NCBI RefSeq assembly: GCF_964204645.1
Contig: NC_134034.1
Span: forward strand, 10,676,962-10,740,961
Direction of reading: 5' to 3'
From: Tubulanus polymorphus
Lineage: Eukaryota > Animalia > Nemertea
Length of the DNA: 64,000 bases
The position numbers were made by a program, and so were the translations under genes. Below are positions 60,485 to 64,000 of the stretch, one piece after another (the first letter of the stretch is position 1; each line of letters begins with the position of its first letter). Below the pieces are notes generated by a model. It was not told where the DNA came from. It did no database searches and saw only the letters and a program-made list of their open reading frames with translations.

Positions 60485-62204
60485 AGACCCTAACCTAGCC
60501 CCATAGTCCAGCACATATATTTTACTATCTCATCAAGACCCAGTTAAGCCTCCTACCCCTGAAAAGCTGGTAGCTTTTTCAACTTTTTGCACTTTGCCGC
60601 TTTCATCAAATATCAAACGCAGCGATACAATGACTTTTTGATTTGTCAGTAACTCCCCCTCCCCCTCTCCACTCCCCTCCCCCCTCGAGCGGTAGCATTG
60701 AAATCTCAATTAAACACAAAACGTCGAAATTACACTCGACTTTGAAACGTGCGCCATCGATCGATACTCGATACGAGATTTCATTTTCATCACCGCGCTC
60801 GCTCGCGCGAAAAACATGAAAGACGATCGGCTAACGCATACAGCCGCGGAGAACGCCGGCGTTACAGAGAACTCATCAGAATACTCCTCCCAACGCTGAA
60901 CGGTAACCGGCGCGCGCGCGCTGGAGGGTCTAATAAACCGACGCGCTGGCAGAGATCTCGCCTGAACTACCGTCTGCTACGAGTCGAACTCATCGTTCAT
61001 TCAGTAATCGTTAATTACTTGTAATTACGGCGACTAATCGACGACGTCTAAGCGTGGTCGCCCGGACGATACAGTTTTCTCTCGATATCGTTGTGTCGCC
61101 GCGGTATCAGTCGTATCAGTCAGAAATATTTTATTCGTCGCTCAATCCTTCAAATTATAACATCATAATCTATTCATAAGTCAAGAGGCTTCTTTCTTTT
61201 TCCCTCGACCCACGACTGAGAACCACTCACGGCAATACAAGATGATTCGAGGTTTCTTCTTTAGCCTCATACTATACTGAGAACCACTCAAGTGAGTTGG
61301 AGGCTTCTTTTCCCCTCAACCCACTGAGAACCACTCAGGGCAATGCATGTTTATTCGAGGTTTCTTCTTTAGCCTCATACTACTGAGTAGCACTCAAAGT
61401 GAGTTGGAGGCTTCTTTTTCCCCTCAATCAGCTGAGCACCACTCAAGTGAGTAGGAGGCTTCTTTTCCCCCTCAACCCACTGAGAACTACTCAGGGCAAT
61501 GCATGTTTATTCGAGGTTTCTTCTTTAGCCTCATACTACTGAGTAGCGCTCAAAGTGAGTTGGAGACTTCTTTTCCCCTCAACCAGCTTTTTTCCATTCT
61601 CTCTCAAGACACTAATTCATCAATCAGGAGCCGATGTTGGAAATCACGAGCTCCATTAACTGCAGGTCTCAGGTGCACGTCTGTGACTGGAATAACATTG
61701 TAACTACTGACTGAATGAACGCAGAGAGGGAGGGAGAGTGAGATGGAGAGGGGGGAGAGAGGGGAACACAGGAGGAGGGAGAGGGAGATGGAGAGAGGAG
61801 AGAGAGGGAGATGGAGAGAGAGAGAGAGGGGGAGAGAGGGGAACACAGAGAGAGGGAGAGGGAGATGAAGAGAGGAGAGAGAGATGGAGAGAGGGGGGAG
61901 AGAGGGGAACACAGAGAGAGGGAGATGGAGGGAGATGGAGAGAGGAGGGAGAGTGAGAGGGAGGAGAGAGGGGGAGAGAGGGGAACACAGAGAGAGGGAG
62001 AGGGAGATGGAGAGAGGAGAGGGAGATGGAGAGAGGGAGATGGAGAGAGGGAGATGGAGAGAGGAGAGGGAGATGGAGAGAGGAGAGGGAGATGGAGAGA
62101 GGGAGATGGAGAGAGAGAGGGGGAGAGAGGGAAACGCAGAGAGGAGGGAGAGTGAGAGGGAGAAGGAGAGGGAAGGTCGACGTATGCACGAGTCCCTTCC
62201 GAAC

Positions 62205-62276
<72 letters not shown>

Positions 62277-62574
62277 GATATTAGCATAAACATTCATATT
62301 GATTCATGTAAGACAGGATATTAAAAATGCATCGGGCTATGTATATATTTATCAGATAAATTTTACGACAAGGCTTCTAACGGCATGATATCTGCTATTA
62401 AGATAGTGGTTGAACCCGCGGGAGGGATCTATCACTGTAGATCACTGTAGATCGCTGTGCACAGTACATAATACATTTACAATACTTTCTGTTCATTCGA
62501 AGCCATCGTTGATCTCACTGAGATCTCACTGATATCTCACTGACACGACAATACGGTTACTTATTCATGAATTG

Positions 62575-63205
62575 ATGATGTCATAGGGGGATTAATGGAG
62601 GCTGGCATTCCTACAATGCAACATATCAAGTCTGATGATGTCATAGGGGGATATATGGAGAACCCTATTCCTGCAGGTGTATATATATATATCAAATCTG
62701 ATGATGTCATAGGGGGATTTATGGAGAACAATTCCCGCAGGTATATAGATCAAATCTGATGATGTCATAGGGGGATTCATGGAGAAAAATTCCTGCAGGT
62801 GTATATAGATCAAATCTGATGATGTCATAGGGGGATATATGGAGAACAATTCTCGCAGGTGTATATAGATCAAATCTAATGATGTCATAGGGGGATTTAT
62901 GGAGAACAATTCTTGCAGGTGTATATAGATCAAATCTGATGATGTCATAGGGGGATATATGGAGAACAATTCTCGCAGGTGTATATAGATCAAATCTGAT
63001 GATGTCATAGGGGGATTTATGGAGAACAATTCCTGCAGGTGTATATAGATCAAATCTGATGATGTCATAGGGGGATATATGGAGAACAATTCTCTCAGGT
63101 GTGTATATAGATCAAATCTGATGATGTCATAGGGGGATATATGGAGAACAATTCTCGCAGGTGTATATAGATCAAATCTGATGATGTCATAGGGGGATTC
63201 ATGGA
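62575..63205. repeat. 60-bp minisatellite, about 10 copies
   Basis: gatgatgtcatagggggatatatggagaacaattctcgcaggtgtatatagatcaaatct. Confidence 0.92.
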
Positions 63206-63818
63206 GGCAGCCTGTGACCTGTAAGCGAGAAAATGGGACGGACGCACGGACAATTGGCGCCGAGGCGGCAGCGGCCATCTTGTCTTCGCTACGTACATCA
63301 TTCGTAAGGACCCGTTATTCACGGAAGTTGCTTTCGTCGTAAATTATCATCCGCATTATCATGTCGCGGGTCATAAAAATAATGAATCGTCGAAACTTAT
63401 ATAAGATAGCGGTTTGTCGCCGTCGTCGCCGTCGCCAGCAGGGATAAACATAGTTTTATTACGAGAATCAATTTCGATGAATTTCCGTTCATATCAATAA
63501 AATACGATCGCTCGCTCGCACGCGGCGACGGCGGCAGCGGCCCGGCGGGAGGACGCAAGGGAAAGACTCACAAGATTTTTTATCATCGACTGATTTTATT
63601 TTCTAGCTATCGAAACACTAAAGCCAATGTTGCTTATGGGCGAAAACTGGCCTCGCACGATCAGTAGCTTGGACTTGTCGACGTGCCCGCGACTGATCGG
63701 GCTAACCTTTAAAAGTTGACCCGGTCGGCTTCTCAAATGAAGATTCTTCGCCAGTGGATTATCATGATAAGTCCGTTGTATTAGTGTCAGTAGCAGCAGT
63801 AGCAGCAGCAGCAGCAAC

Positions 63819-63928
63819 ATGCTGACAAGGATAATAATTCCTTCAGGTATTGTCATCAGTCGCAAGACACCACCACTACTGCTGCTACTACTGCTGCTGT
63901 TGCTGCTGCTGCAGTTTAAAAATTTCCG
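63819..63928 (+). CDS. Possible first coding exon (signal peptide) of an unidentified secreted/membrane protein
   Basis: aacATG; MLTRIIIPSGIVISRKTPP-L12-QFKNF; possible cg|gtgaca donor; upstream ttttattttctag acceptor at 63606; the poly-Leu could be a CTG-repeat artefact. Confidence 0.3.
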
Positions 63929-63951
63929 GTGACAGACAGACACACAGACAC

Positions 63952-63993
<42 letters not shown>

Positions 63994-64000
63994 GGACCAT

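Noticed and set aside
63596-64000. Minus-strand 134-aa ORF with poly-Leu
   Set aside because: Built from (CAGA)n and (AGC)n repeats; no recognisable domain.

Overview
Repeat-rich invertebrate (bilaterian-looking, CpG not depleted) genomic DNA. (1) 541-19735, minus strand: 5' part of a hemocytin/hemolectin-type von Willebrand/mucin-family gene. I reconstructed 22 phase-consistent coding exons (3519 nt, 1173 aa): signal peptide, RQKR site, Sushi-EGF-Sushi, Thr-rich linker, D1-D2-D'-D3. It continues past the left edge. (2) 21271-30280, minus strand: MLH1 exons equivalent to human exons 9-19, ending in FERC*. Exons 1-8 (ATPase) were not found in the window; the gene stops at a 1.7-kb 39-bp satellite, and the exon-16 equivalent lacks its normal acceptor. 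(3) 32-64 kb: no convincing long CDS. CpG-rich unique blocks alternate with minisatellites, MITEs and purine tracts, possibly the first intron of a plus-strand gene whose signal-peptide exon is at about 63.8 kb. Most notable structure: PIF/Harbinger-like MITEs (CWG duplications) that stack on each other and whose ends or interiors have seeded dispersed minisatellites; piggyBac-like TTAA MITEs; and Penelope-type hammerhead ribozyme motifs, mostly in inverted pairs. Everything was read by eye; no database searches were run.
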